Positions 1 through 13,626 of a stretch of DNA of 64,000 bases are shown piece after piece. Positions within the stretch are counted from its first letter, which is position 1, and each line of letters opens with the position of its first letter. The notes beneath the pieces were generated by a model that worked only from the letters and a program-made list of their open reading frames with translations, was not told the DNA's origin and made no database searches. Both the position numbers and the translations under genes were made by a program. Source of the DNA: the human T2T-CHM13v2.0 reference genome, Homo sapiens; assembly GCA_009914755.4 (NCBI GenBank), contig CP086569.2, positions 13,824,001 to 13,888,000 on the forward strand, in the 5' to 3' direction.

Positions 1-45
1 CGTCACACCATGATGTTTAGTGCTACTTTTCCTAAGGAAATACAG
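1..45 (+). CDS. DDX3Y: DEAD-box helicase DDX3Y, coding exon (partial, cut by window start), encodes ...RHTMMFSATFPKEIQ
   Basis: In-frame translation matches DDX3 family 'TMMFSATFPKEIQ'. GT donor at 46-47. Phase 0 joins exactly to the next exon (..EIQ|MLARDF..). Confidence 0.8.
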
Positions 46-132
46 GTACTGTTTGACGTTTGAACTTTCATTCAGAACATTTGTGTTTATTCATTATCTT
101 CAGATAATTTATGTATTAAAATAGGTAATTGA

Positions 133-306
<174 letters not shown>

Positions 307-509
307 TGAATAAGAATAGTGTCAGTTACATGTAAAGATAATCTCTTTACATATCTTCTGGCCTTTCCTGTCTTTCTAAACATGGCTAAAACAATGCTTA
401 CATTAATTGGCTCTGTTTGCATGCATCCAAGATGTATTTTAGCACAAGGACTAGAATTAAGCCAGTTAATAATTTAGATTAAGTAGTGATGCTAATTCAC
501 TGTGAGTAA

Positions 510-1371
<862 letters not shown>

Positions 1372-1632
1372 TAGGGGCAAGAAGCTTTCAGAGTTAACTT
1401 AAAAGTGTTAAACAGTTATTTTCAACAATAATAAACATTTTGGGCAAGGGATGATTATTAGAGAGGGTGACAAGGAATTAAGTGTTAGGTCCTTACTCCT
1501 GAGTCCTTTAGAAACACTGTTAGAACACATTGGGACATTAATGGGATGGTTCCCATTGGAACATAATGGAATTGAACTGAAAAATCAAATTGGGAATTGC
1601 AGGGTTTAAGCAGTAATTTTCAGTTTAATTGA

Positions 1633-2132
<500 letters not shown>

Positions 2133-2297
2133 TAGGCTCTTTGTTTTTCTTACGAGTTCTCTTTTTCAAAGCATAATTCATTGGGGAGATTTGATTTCTG
2201 AGGGACACAAAATCCAACTCTAGATTTCTTTTACTGGTTTTATGTTAAAGTACTTGAGAAAAAAAAGGTATTAACGAATGACTTAATTTCTCTCTAA

Positions 2298-2393
<96 letters not shown>

Positions 2394-2778
2394 ATCTGCT
2401 TTGCAGCAAAGTCACCCTTACAAAGAAGCTAATATGGAAACCACATGTAACTTAGCCAGACTATATTGTGTAGCTTCAAGAACTTGCAGTACATTACCAG
2501 CTGTGATTCTCCTGATAATTCAAGGGAGCTCAAAGTCACAAGAAGAAAAATGAAAGGAAAAAACAGCAGCCCTATTCAGAAATTGGTTTGAAGATGTAAT
2601 TGCTCTAGTTTGGATTAAACTCTTCCCCTCCTGCTTTAGTGCCACCCCAAACTGCATTTATAATTTTGTGACTGAGGATCGTTTGTTTGTTAACGTACTG
2701 TGACTTTAACTTTAGACAACTTACTACTTTGATGTCCTGTTGGCTCAGTAATGCTCACGATACCAATTGTTTTGACAA

Positions 2779-2784
2779 AATAAA
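2779..2784 (+). promoter_or_regulatory. DDX3Y: AATAAA polyadenylation signal (proximal, ~390 nt after stop)
   Basis: Canonical hexamer within the 3' UTR. Confidence 0.4.
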
Positions 2785-4604
2785 TTTACTAAACTTGGCC
2801 TAAAATCAAACCTTGGCACAGAGGTATGATACAACTTTAACAGGAGTCATCAATTCATCCATAAATATAAAAAGGGAAAAAAACTTAAGGCAGTAGTCTG
2901 CATTAGGACTGTTTGAGTTTTGCAGACTTGGGGTTGGGAGAACATCTTAAAGCATTAAAGCATAGTTTTTTGTATGGCCAACCTTACTAAATTAAGTTCT
3001 GACTTGCTCACTCTATCCTGGATAGGCACTTGGGAACTTACACTCTTTAAGCCATTCCAGTCATGATGAGGTGGAATGTATCAGTATACCAATTAATATT
3101 TTTGAAAGAGCTCTTTTAGGTTAATTTAAGTACAGCAATTTCTCATGTAATGTTTAGGGAGTTTATTCTAACCTAGGCAAACGGCATGCTATCACAAGAA
3201 AGGTTTAAAGCTTTGATAAAATGGGGGAGATTTAATCAGTTTTTTTAATGCCTGCTATAAAAATTTGAAATATTAGAATGGCCGACCATGGCAGTGACCA
3301 GGCCTCACTACAGGCCTGGTTGGATTCTGGTCTTTAATGCATGCTAGTGTTGATGTTTTTTGGTCAAGAACGGTTTAAACAGGAAGGATTGTGCAGCAGG
3401 CTTTAATTTAATGTAGATTCATACTGCTCTGTTAAAGCTGCATTGAAATGTTAAAATGGCTTACACTTGCAGACTTTGCAAATCTTAAGACTAACAAATC
3501 CTTGAAATCACACAGCTTGCAAATACGTACTAAACTGCACAAGGTGTGTGTTCTATATGTGCAGTTTTAGCGTATTTTAGTTGCATAGGTTTCCATGGTA
3601 TTTATAGTCTCTTGTGCTAAATTTGGCCAAAGATGATTGTCCACCACTAAAAATGCCTCTCCCACTTGGAATTCTGTACTGATTTTGTGGCCAGATGCAA
3701 TGATCTTTAAAAACAAATCTTTTCAATGGCATAAGAAGTTGACAAAAATTTCTTAAAGTGCAATAGATTTTCAAGTGTATTGTGCCTTGTTCTAAAACTT
3801 TTAAGTAGGTGCACTTGACAGTATTGAGGTCATTTGTTAAGGTGCTATTTCAATTAGTGTAGGTTTAGACTCTTGTACATTTCTCCCATAACTTTTTACA
3901 AAGTATTTTGTTGCACATTCAGAGAATTTTATATATATATGTCTTGTGTGGGTGTCCTCGACCTTCCAATCTTATTTCGTCTCTTGGAGATTGTTGAATG
4001 CAGCCAGTGAAGAAGTAGATTCCTAAATTTTATTGGGGACCATGGAATGGTAGTTGAGAAGAAAACTATTTGCACACAACAGATTTTAGATACTTTTTGC
4101 TGCTAGTTGTGTAATATTTATTGAACATTTTGACAAATATTTATTTTTGTAAGCCTAAAAATGATTCTTTGAAAGTTTAAAGAAACTTGACCAAAAGACA
4201 GTACAAAAAACACTGGCACTTGAATGTTGAATGTCACCGTATGTGAAATAATATATTTTGGGGTAGTGTGAGCTTTTAATGTTAAGTCTGTTAAACTTGA
4301 GTCAAATTAAGCAGACCCGGCATTGGCAATGTAGCTGTAATTTTCTGACAAAATTTAAGACAAAATTGTCAACTTGAAACTAAAACATGCCAAGGTTTTG
4401 ATATACTTGTCTTAAGATATTAATGAAACACTTCTGAACACTGATAGGAAGTGTCCACATCCACAAAGTTTCTCTTGAGTTTTGTTATGTGTTTTGTTGT
4501 GTTTGATTTTCAGTGATTGTCTGGTATATTTACAGTCCTCAAACATGGTTATTTCTGTCAGTGACTTAACATTCGGTTTTATCAGCCAGCAGTATTCTTC
4601 AGTA

Positions 4605-4610
4605 AATAAA
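4605..4610 (+). promoter_or_regulatory. DDX3Y: AATAAA polyadenylation signal (distal candidate)
   Basis: Canonical hexamer, followed 120 nt later by another one. Confidence 0.35.
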
Positions 4611-4730
4611 GAATGGAATTGCTGAATGTAATCATTGAACCTCGAGTCACTGTAAAAGTTCAGTAATTGCTTATTGTATTAGTTTTAGATGCTGGCACTG
4701 CATGTGCTCTGTTTATTCTGATTTTACTAA

Positions 4731-4736
4731 AATAAA
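4731..4736 (+). promoter_or_regulatory. DDX3Y: AATAAA polyadenylation signal (most distal candidate)
   Basis: Canonical hexamer in the context ..tttactaaAATAAAaagttc.. at the end of the unique-sequence block. Confidence 0.4.
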
Positions 4737-6619
4737 AAGTTCAAAAGTCTTCCTGCTGTCACTTGTAGCTTAATGTTGAGTTGAAGATGAACTTGTGCTC
4801 TTAACCTGAAGATTGGAAATCTGATTTCTTGGCTACCTACCAAAGCTGTTTGTGAAATACCGTCCTGAGGCTAGAAGTACTTCTTTGCCTTAATGACGAA
4901 GGTGGTAGAAGGTTGGAGTTGTGAGGCAGGATTTGTGTTCTGACTGATGTGAATCTAAAAGGTCTATACATGCAGCATATATTGCATTTTGGTCTAAGCA
5001 ACTTAATATGAGTGTGATTGCTATTTTAAGCATTTTTGATGTGAAAGATGGCTGAACTAAATGAATTGGGTAAAAAGTCAGTTGCCTAACAAATTACTTT
5101 TTGATTGTAAGTAGTTACTTAAGGTCAAGAATTAATTGGAGTAGGTTAATGATAGCTGAGAATCGCATAAGCACGTTTTGTCCAACTTCTTTTTTCTGGT
5201 GGCTGACAATCCCTTTAACACATTGCAGCAGTTAGTGCCGCTTAACAAACACGATAGGCAAACTGGTCTAACGTGTTAATGTTTGAAATAGTTTTTTTTA
5301 AGGAAATCAAGAACCTCAGTGTCCCTTTGTGTCCCCTTTTGGCAACCAACCTCAAACTGCAAAGGATAAGCACTGTTCTTTTAACAGCACACATAAGCTT
5401 TAGTCTAATAAACTTGGTGAAAATGAACAGTTTTTTTTAACTCATTTTTTGCACTAAGTGTTAACGTTCGTGAGATGGAATTACAATGTTCCTTAGATTT
5501 TTAACATTCTGATAGCTGTGTGGAATTCTGTTGTGTAAATAGCACCTAATTTCTAGTTTGTAGCAGCAACAAACTATTTTAATATGATTATGGTAAACGC
5601 CAATGCTCCTTCATGTCTTACCTGTTTTCAGTAGGTACTACTGGTTTTCAGAAGTATTTATGCCGTTTTGCACTTGGTCTCACAGTTTATTTGTGGTTGC
5701 TCTATATTCTCAACATTACTTGGTTTCTTACACACCTTATATATGTAAGTAGGTGTGTTATTTTAATTTGTATTTATCATCCTGATGACGATTGATACGA
5801 CACGAGCTGTGTTGAGGTTCACGCAGTTAAAAAGAATTTGTCCTTATCAATTACAGGCACACTTAGTAAATGATCTGATTTTTGGGTACTGCTATCTCCC
5901 GATAAAAGATACAATGTAGGTAAAATTGGATTTGCAATTAAGTTGTTCAGATTGGTTGATGGTAATACAGTTTAGTTAACAATTTACTATTGATGTTTGA
6001 AGATTAGTAAATAAATATTTGTAGAACACATACTATGTGGAAATTCTGCAGTGAACTAGCCAAATAGTGACCAAATTAAGGTAACTTTTTCTAGCAATGG
6101 AAATGGTCTCCCATTTCCTTCCCTCCTGCTCAGGTGATTTTTAGGTGTGATTTTCCACTGAATCATTGTATTTGTCTTCTCCAGGACTGAGGGCTCAGAA
6201 ATTGAATGTGCGTGTGTTTGCGCACAAGTATGTGTATTTGTCTTTTGAAGACCACAGTGGTCTAATGTCCATTTTTAGGAGTATGAGTTCTTTAGATTCA
6301 GAGAATAATTGATCAGTCAGGATCTGAGTTCCAGCAAGAAGTATAGCTGGAATGATCTCATTCCTATTGGACAAATGAAGTGGATGCATCTCTACAGCAG
6401 TCACGAGAAAAGTTAGACAAGCCTGTCCTGCAAGAAAATGTGAACTTGAAATGGTACTGATGTGTGCTATGTAGCAGTTCTCTGTATGAAAAATGAGCTT
6501 TTAGAACTTTGAAGACAATAACAGTATGTTTACAAAAAATGAACATATTCACAATGATGCTGTTATTTAATAGTTGCAAGGGGAGATGAATAGATTTCTA
6601 TAATGAGATACTATGTATT

Positions 6620-7385
6620 TGAAACAGTAAAAGTTCCTGTATCCCCCTCACAAAGGGTGTGTGACTGGGGAGTGGCTCAATCCTTAAGTGTCCCACAGCT
6701 CCAAACCTTAGGGGGAGCATGCAGACAGGCAGGTCTTGGCGAGTGTGGGATGTGACCTGTTGTGTACAGCTCTTGAAGCCCAGTGGGCATGTCGTACAGT
6801 GTGTTCTCCAGGTTTTGCCATCTGCAGGCAGGTTGTGCTAATCAGCTCAGTTAGACCCTCTGCCTTATTGCAAGGATAGAGGACTTTCTGTGTCCTGGAT
6901 TCTTGTCTTAGTGGACCAGAAAAATCAGATCACATGTGGGCTTGGAGAGTGAATGCAAGGTTTTATTGAGTGGTGGAGGTAGCTCTCAGTAGATGGATAG
7001 GGAGCCAGAAAGGGGATGGAGTGGGAAGGTGGTCTCCCCTGGAGTCAGGCTGCTCAGTGCCTGGGCTGTCTCCTTTGACCCCCCTCTATGGAATTTCCCT
7101 CAGCATGCATGTCATTCCACTGTCAGTGGCCTGTTGCCGTCTGTGTATTCTGCCAGTGTGTTCCTCTTGATGTCCAGATGTTTGTGTGTGTGCCTAGTAT
7201 GGTCTTGGGGTTTTTATAGGCACAGGATGGGGGGCATGGGAGGCCAGGATGGTCTTGGAAAAATGCAACATTTGGGTGTGAAAACAGGAGTGCGTGTCCT
7301 CACCTAGGGCCGTGGGCATGAGGTTGGAGCCCTCTCAAGGACCCTGCCCGTCTCTACCCAGCACTTCTGCCCTCTTCTTGTATCA
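6620..7385 (-). mobile_element. ERV A: 3' LTR of a minus-strand class-I ERV remnant (~765 bp)
   Basis: A ~765-bp block repeated at 10225-10989, about 75-85% identical by eye. In proviral sense it starts TGATACAAG.. directly after a polypurine tract (AGAGGGGAAAAA, plus-strand 7386-7400). Confidence 0.7.
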
Positions 7386-7842
7386 TTTTTCCCCTCTGAA
7401 GAGGTACATGTAACTGCCATAAAAATATGGAGACAACCAGTCTTAGCTGCTTCCTGCTGATGGGGCGTTGTTTTTGGGAAAACAGATTCCTCCCAGACAG
7501 AGGTCTATCTAAGGGCTCACATTGAGGCTCTGGTTGCCTTTCTGGAGTTTGATGACCTCTGTATGTGAGAGGAAAAAAAAAACTTTATAAGGTTAAGTAT
7601 GCATGCGTTAAATGTGTATTATACAAGGAAAAATTTAGTGCTAAAGATTACAGAGATAAGAAATGAAATATACTAACAACAACATTGTATCCTTAGCTGT
7701 TTTACCCTGGTGAAAGAAATTAAATCTTGTATAGGGTCAGTTAAACTTTAGAAGAGAGGTAGCTATTGTAGCCATATCTTTAGCAATTAACAAGTGTGCC
7801 CTGCCTGGAAATTCTGGTGTTTGTAGTCTTGTGTGGTGGTCA

Positions 7843-8205
7843 TTAAAGCTTCTGCCTCTCTTGTGCCTCCCTTTTTCTATTGTAAAAGACTGAGGTGGTC
7901 ACTTTCAGGAGGTCCTGTAATATACTACCTGGCCCCAGGAACTGTTTCTCCAACTTCCTCCTAATATCAGGGGCTGCCTGAGTTATAAATTTATCCTTTA
8001 GGATTAGCTGTCCCTTGATTGAGTCAGGAGATAGAGAGGTGTACTTTACTAGGGCCTCTCTCAGCCTTTCAAAGAAGGCAGCGGGATTTTCATCGAATCC
8101 CTGGTTAGTCATGGACAGCTTAGCATAATTGAGAGGCTTGGTCTTCATCCTATGTAAGCCTTCCATTATGCACACCAGAAAGTATCTCCTCTTCCAGCCT
8201 GCCAT
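7843..8205 (-). pseudogene. ERV A gag capsid (CA) ORF, 120 aa
   Basis: Contains ..NQGFDENPAAFFERLREALVKYTSLSPDSIKGQLILKDKFITQAAPDIRRKLEK.. , a class-I ERV (HERV-H-like) CA major-homology-type region. Confidence 0.7.
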
Positions 8206-8220
8206 CTCATGACTGGGATC

Positions 8221-8805
8221 CTATTTAGGGTCATTCACTGATACTGCTTTTCTTCCAGTTGGATAATATTTGCTCCCTTCCCTGACACTATATGTGATGC
8301 AAAGCTCATCCCCAAATCTGTCTGCTGCTTGCAGAGTGGCCTGCTTCTCAGTGTGCATCAGGATCTGATTCCAAAGTAACATAACATCTTTCCAGGAGAG
8401 TTCAAATATTTGGGTGAAATTCTGGAAATTTGCTTTAAGTTTTATAGGGAGAAGGGGACCTGGACTTGGGCCAAATTCACTGGACATCTGTTGGAGGGGC
8501 AAGAGTGATAACTGGGGCTTGTTTAGGGGAGGGATTTCTAGGAGAGGACAAGTGAGAGGCTGAAGCTCGATAGGGAGGTTGGTGTGGACCCAGAGGAGCA
8601 GAGCTGGAGGGAGCTGGCTCCTCTGCTGGGGGTGCTTCTGGGACTCAGATCTTTTAATTCCCCTGGGCTTGCCCCTTCCAGCCTTCCCTGAGATGGCAAT
8701 CAATCCTACACTGTTGGCAAAGTTCTGGATTGCCTTGCAAGGTATAGAAAGCCTGCATATGTGGGACGCAGACCATATGTCTTCACGTCTATGAAAAAGT
8801 TCCAA
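8221..8805 (-). pseudogene. ERV A gag N-terminal part (MA/p12-like) ORF, 194 aa
   Basis: Minus-strand ORF with proline-rich (PPxY-like 'LPPALL') segments typical of gamma-retroviral p12. Lies immediately upstream of the CA ORF. Confidence 0.55.
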
Positions 8806-10206
8806 ATGTCAGATGGTATAAGGGTGAGTGGTTCCTTCTTGGGGTGAACCCAGTTTATAATTTGTCCAAACCTTTGTGCAAAGGGATATGAGGCATTTTT
8901 GCTCCAGATTCTGAGGGTCAAAATGGTCTCAATGGTTCAGGACACACTGCAGAGGAGTAGAAGGTGGGGTTGGTGAAAAGAGCTGGTTACCCATTCTGAA
9001 AGACAGGAAATTTATCATTTTCTTTCATCAGTTTTGCTGAAGCAAAAACTCAGGGTTTGATGGAGAAAGAAAGCTAGTGCCCTCCCTTTTCTTCCACCTC
9101 TTATCCCTGAGTCTCAGGGACCGTGGCAGGTGCTGGCCACAGATACCAATGTGGTGTGTTCCCATGAAGCAGGGAAAATCTGGAGAATAGGAATTAACCA
9201 CCCTCACCTCTGCCTCCTTTTCTCCCTGCTGTTGGCAAACTTTGAGTTCCCTAGGCCTGTTTATGCCATGGAGTATGGTCTTCTTCCATGGGTTGAGGGT
9301 TTAGTCTACAGGAACTGATGCTACCCATTTACATTGTGCCTGTGGCCTGGCTTTGGATCCCTCCAGCCTGGTCTTTCTAAGGTCTCAGCCTGAAGCTTGG
9401 AATCAGGATTGGGACTGAAAAGATATTTCAGAGACTCTTTCTATTTAGATAGTGTCTCAAATGAGTGCTGCTGAATTTGGTTATCAGCCAGCAAGGGATT
9501 TCCTTTGTTAACTTCCCTATCAGAAATAATGTTGGGAAGAGGGAGTCCTCTCACTTAGAAAAGGAAAAAAATAGAAAAAACAGTTTAAGGGTCAAAAGGG
9601 GAATGTCCTGGGGAAAGAACTCCTTGCTCAGTGTAAGAGGTTCCTTTTAATCCTTGTATCCTTTCCCGGGTTCAGACTGTGTTGAATTCCTTGGCCAGGG
9701 GAAGAAAGGTTCTGTTGGCATGACAGGCCATAAGTGCCCACCTGCCAGCTCTGTGAGGTCCCGGCTACCACCGTGGTTTTCTCTTACCTTCCTCAGCTGG
9801 TGGCTGTTAAGTACAGCCTTTGCATGCTGTGAACATGTCCAGGTGCCCAAGCTGGAAGGAGAAAGGGTAAGGGGAGTTTCCCTGAGCTGTGTGCGTCTGC
9901 ACGTGTCAGGGTGGAGGCAGAGATGGCACCTCTAAGAACAATTTGTCTGATTTGCGTTTTTGGCAGCTGAGCATTGCCACAGCCTGTAGCAAAATTCTTT
10001 AACATTATAAAGGAAGAGATAATAGCCATTTCAAACCATGACAGAGAGAAAAGAGACAAAGTCGGGGTTTTGACCAGCCCGGTTAGGGAAATTAAATCTT
10101 CTTGAAAGGAAACAGATCCTTTTATCTGCAGGAAAGAGAGAGAGGTGGCAGGATTTTGGGAAAGAGGCAGATCTGACAGTTTCACATTTGCTCTTACCTT
10201 CTGGGA

Positions 10207-10224
10207 TCCCAGATGACCCCCAGT
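10207..10224 (-). other. ERV A primer binding site, tRNA-Pro-like (TGGGGGTCATCTGGGATC on the minus strand)
   Basis: 18 nt immediately 3' of the LTR end (..TTTCAA|TGGGGGTCATCTGGGATC). Close to the canonical PBS-Pro TGGGGGCTCGTCCGGGAT. Confidence 0.5.
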
Positions 10225-10989
10225 TGAAACAGGAAAAGTTCCCTTATCCCCCTGGCAGGGTGTCAGACTCTGGGAGTGGTCCTCCTCTTCAGTGTCCCGC
10301 AGCTCAAACCCATAGGGGGAGCATGCAGATGGGCAGATTGTGGGCAGTGTGGGGTCCAACTCCATGGCAGTGTGTAGGACTCAGTGTTTACAGCTCCCGA
10401 AGCTCCAGTGGGCATGTGTTGCGGTGTGCTCTTTCAGCTTTACCGTATGCAGGCAGCTTGTGTTAATCAGCTCAGTTAGACTCTCTGCCTTATCGCAAGG
10501 GCAGAGAGCTTTCTATATCATGGGGTTCTTTCCCTAGCCCACAGGAAAAATCAGATCACACATGTGCTTGTAGAATGAGTGCAAGGTTTTATTGAGTGGT
10601 GGTAGTAGCTCTCAGTAGTTGGGTGGGGAGCCAGAAGGGCGATGGAGTGGGAAGGTGGTCTTTCCCTAGAGTCGGGCCACTCATTGGCCAGGCTCTCCTT
10701 AGCTGAATTTCCCTCAGTGTCTGTATGGTTCCACTGTTGATGGCCTGTTGATGTCTGTGTGTTTGTCTGCCGGTGTGTTCTTCTTGACATCCCCACTATG
10801 GTCTCAGGGTTTTTATAGGCACAATATGGGGGGTATGGTGGGCCAAGGTGGTCTTGGAAATGCAACATTTGAGTGTGAAAACAGTCCCAGTCCTCACCTA
10901 GGTTCGTGGGCACAGGCCTGAGGGTGGAGCCCTCACCAGGGACCCCACCTTTCTCTACCCAGCACTTCCTTGCCACCCCTCCCATATCA
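10225..10989 (-). mobile_element. ERV A: 5' LTR (proviral sense) of the minus-strand ERV remnant
   Basis: Second copy of the ~765-bp LTR. Adjacent on its internal side is an 18-nt primer binding site. Confidence 0.7.
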
Positions 10990-13084
10990 TGTTCATGAGA
11001 ATTGATATGTGGTTAGTCTCAAACTGATGCGCTGAGGAAGTTAGACACAAAATGGTACATACTGTCTGATTCCATGTATAGAAAGTTTAAATGGCAAAAC
11101 TATGGTTATAGAAGCCTTGAAGGGATATTAACAGAGAGGGCTTTTATGGTATCGATAACTGATGTTCTTTTTGTAGGTATAGTTCAGAGATACATGTTCA
11201 CCTTTTATTCATTGACCTGTACATTTACTATGCATGCATTTTTCTCTTCACCAGATGTATTTTGTAGATGATTTTTTCCCCAAAAGTAATATTTTATAAA
11301 ACCTTACATAAACAGCTCCATGAATTTTGGCAAATACACTGTTGTTATAAACTCACGCTTAGATCAATATACAGAATATTTCTAGCATTCCTAAGAACTT
11401 TGTATTTCATCTTAAACTTAGGAGATTAGTGCTATTAGTGGCTCCATGTCACCATTGAGGAACATTGGCACAGCAGGTTAAGAACCTGTCTGTTGGTACT
11501 ACCAGCTCTTCTCTGGATAATTTTTGCATGCCCATGGTGTCAGAGATGGCAAAGAGGACAGTGATAGTCTCTGCCTTTCTTCCTGAGGTTAAATTGTCAA
11601 CCAATATGTTGTCCTGGAAAATAATATTCTCTTTCCACGTGACTAGGCCAGGAGCAATCTGGGTAGGGGAGCAATCTGGGTAGGGGAGCATCAGGCACTC
11701 TTCTGATCCATTTCCCAATCATTGTCATCCTTGATGATGCTATGGGGTCTTAAGAATTGTCAATGCCAGGTGCAGGGGTGCTAATACCAGGCTAGAAACT
11801 GCTCCCAGGGAGGATGTGATCATCATCTGTCAAGCTGGATTGTCAGTTTTTGTTTTTTACTGGCAAACCAAAGAAGTGAGGCTGAAGCCCTACGAAGTTC
11901 ATTGTAGGTACATTTAAGCTCTGACGCTTTTATTGGACCTAGATAAAGTTTAGGTGTTGACTGGGGCAAATACTTCCTACATCATGGGGTTTCATGTGGA
12001 TTCTCTAATTCAAATTAATTTCTCAGTGGCCTCATGTAGTGCCAGCTTTGTCTTAGAATGACCCAATGCTTTCATCTCAGAACATTTTGTTGACTATTAC
12101 AAGAGATTTCTAGCTTCCCTTAGGAATTAAGAGCCCTCACCTAGACTGAAGCTCTCTAGTTATACTTTGACTAGCAGAAAGTGACATGAGAGGTCAGAGA
12201 AGTTATGTTTCTATTTCTGAAAAGCATAGGATTAGAAATTAAAATAGGTTAATTAATGACATCTGGCAAAGAAAGTGATGAGAGATGCTTATCAAAATGT
12301 AGCCAAGCTTTGAGGCAGCCTATGAGAAATTCATTTATTTTTTTGGCCACATCTCAGGGCAAAGAAAGCTCCAGGATGTAAGAAGGAAAGAAAGCGTGCA
12401 GTAGTTGAGAATTATGAAATTACTCATATTGGCCCTATCTCAACTGTCTTATGGGATTTGGCAACAAGTACAAGGAAAAGGAAAAGTTTTCTTTGCCCTG
12501 ACTCACTTCATAAGGAAGGTGGCGCACCAGGGAAGGGAATACACGGCCAGACTTTAAAAGGTTTATAGGTTGATGACACAGGGATGTGAAGGGAGTAAAA
12601 TATTTTACCCAGCCCCTGATCAAGATGGAGTCACTCTGGTTTGAGTGCCTCTCACAGCAGGAGGATAGTTAAAATCATGACATAGTTTCTCAATGAATAT
12701 GAAATGATTGTTCTCCTGTATCAAGGATAAAGCAAGAGAGCAGAAGCCACTCTGGAAGTGACCCAAACTGTGCTATTTCAGATTATTTTGTTGTCCTTCC
12801 AGCTGTTATTCATTCCCTGGTCTTCTGTTAGTTAAAGGATCACCAACAAATTCTAAAATCTAAAAGATTATTGGGTGGTAAAACTAGATGTATCTATAAT
12901 AAAATGAAGAACTCAACTATGTTTAATTATTGAACACATGAGTAAGTATATATATTGTAAAACTACTCAAACTGTCCTGCTAGCTTAATTTTAAGTTTGC
13001 ATTGTTTGATAGGTGAATTATTTGGAATAATTCAGTTGACAGCTAATGCCTAAACTGATTTGGGTTAAAATACAGAAAATCTGA

Positions 13085-13190
13085 GTTGAGTTCAGTAGCT
13101 CATGCCTGCCTGTCCTAGTTACTTGGGAGGCTGAAGCAGGAAGATTGCTTAAGCCCAAGGGTTTGAAGCTGCAGTGAAAAAATAAACTAA
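13085..13190 (+). mobile_element. partial Alu (right-arm/FRAM-like fragment)
   Basis: ..gcctgtcctagttacttgggaggctgaagcaggaagattgcttaagcccaag..gcagtga + A-rich tail. Confidence 0.6.
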
Positions 13191-13262
13191 AAATATACAA
13201 GTCTTTGCTTAATTAAAACATTACTATCAGATAATACATTCCAAAATTGTAAAATCTGGAAA

Positions 13263-13626
<364 letters not shown>

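Larger units (their letters stand above)
2394..4740 (+). other. DDX3Y: DDX3Y 3' UTR (extent uncertain; may end at the proximal or distal poly(A) signals)
   Basis: Non-coding sequence after the stop codon. Repeat-free, unlike everything downstream of ~4.8 kb. Contains AATAAA at 2779, 4605 and 4731. Confidence 0.5.
7386..10224 (-). mobile_element. ERV A internal region (leader + gag only; pol/env deleted)
   Basis: Lies between the two LTR copies. Minus-strand ORFs encode retroviral Gag MA/p12 and CA. Confidence 0.7.

Noticed and set aside
7843-8805. 194-aa and 120-aa minus-strand ORFs as possible host protein-coding gene
   Set aside because: Clear retroviral Gag (MA/p12 and CA) embedded between two LTRs. 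An ERV remnant, not a host gene; no evidence of domestication from sequence alone.
11655-11690. 17-bp perfect tandem duplication (caatctgggtaggggag x2)
   Set aside because: Isolated two-copy slippage event in non-coding DNA; no further structure or regulatory motif recognisable. Too small to call a feature.
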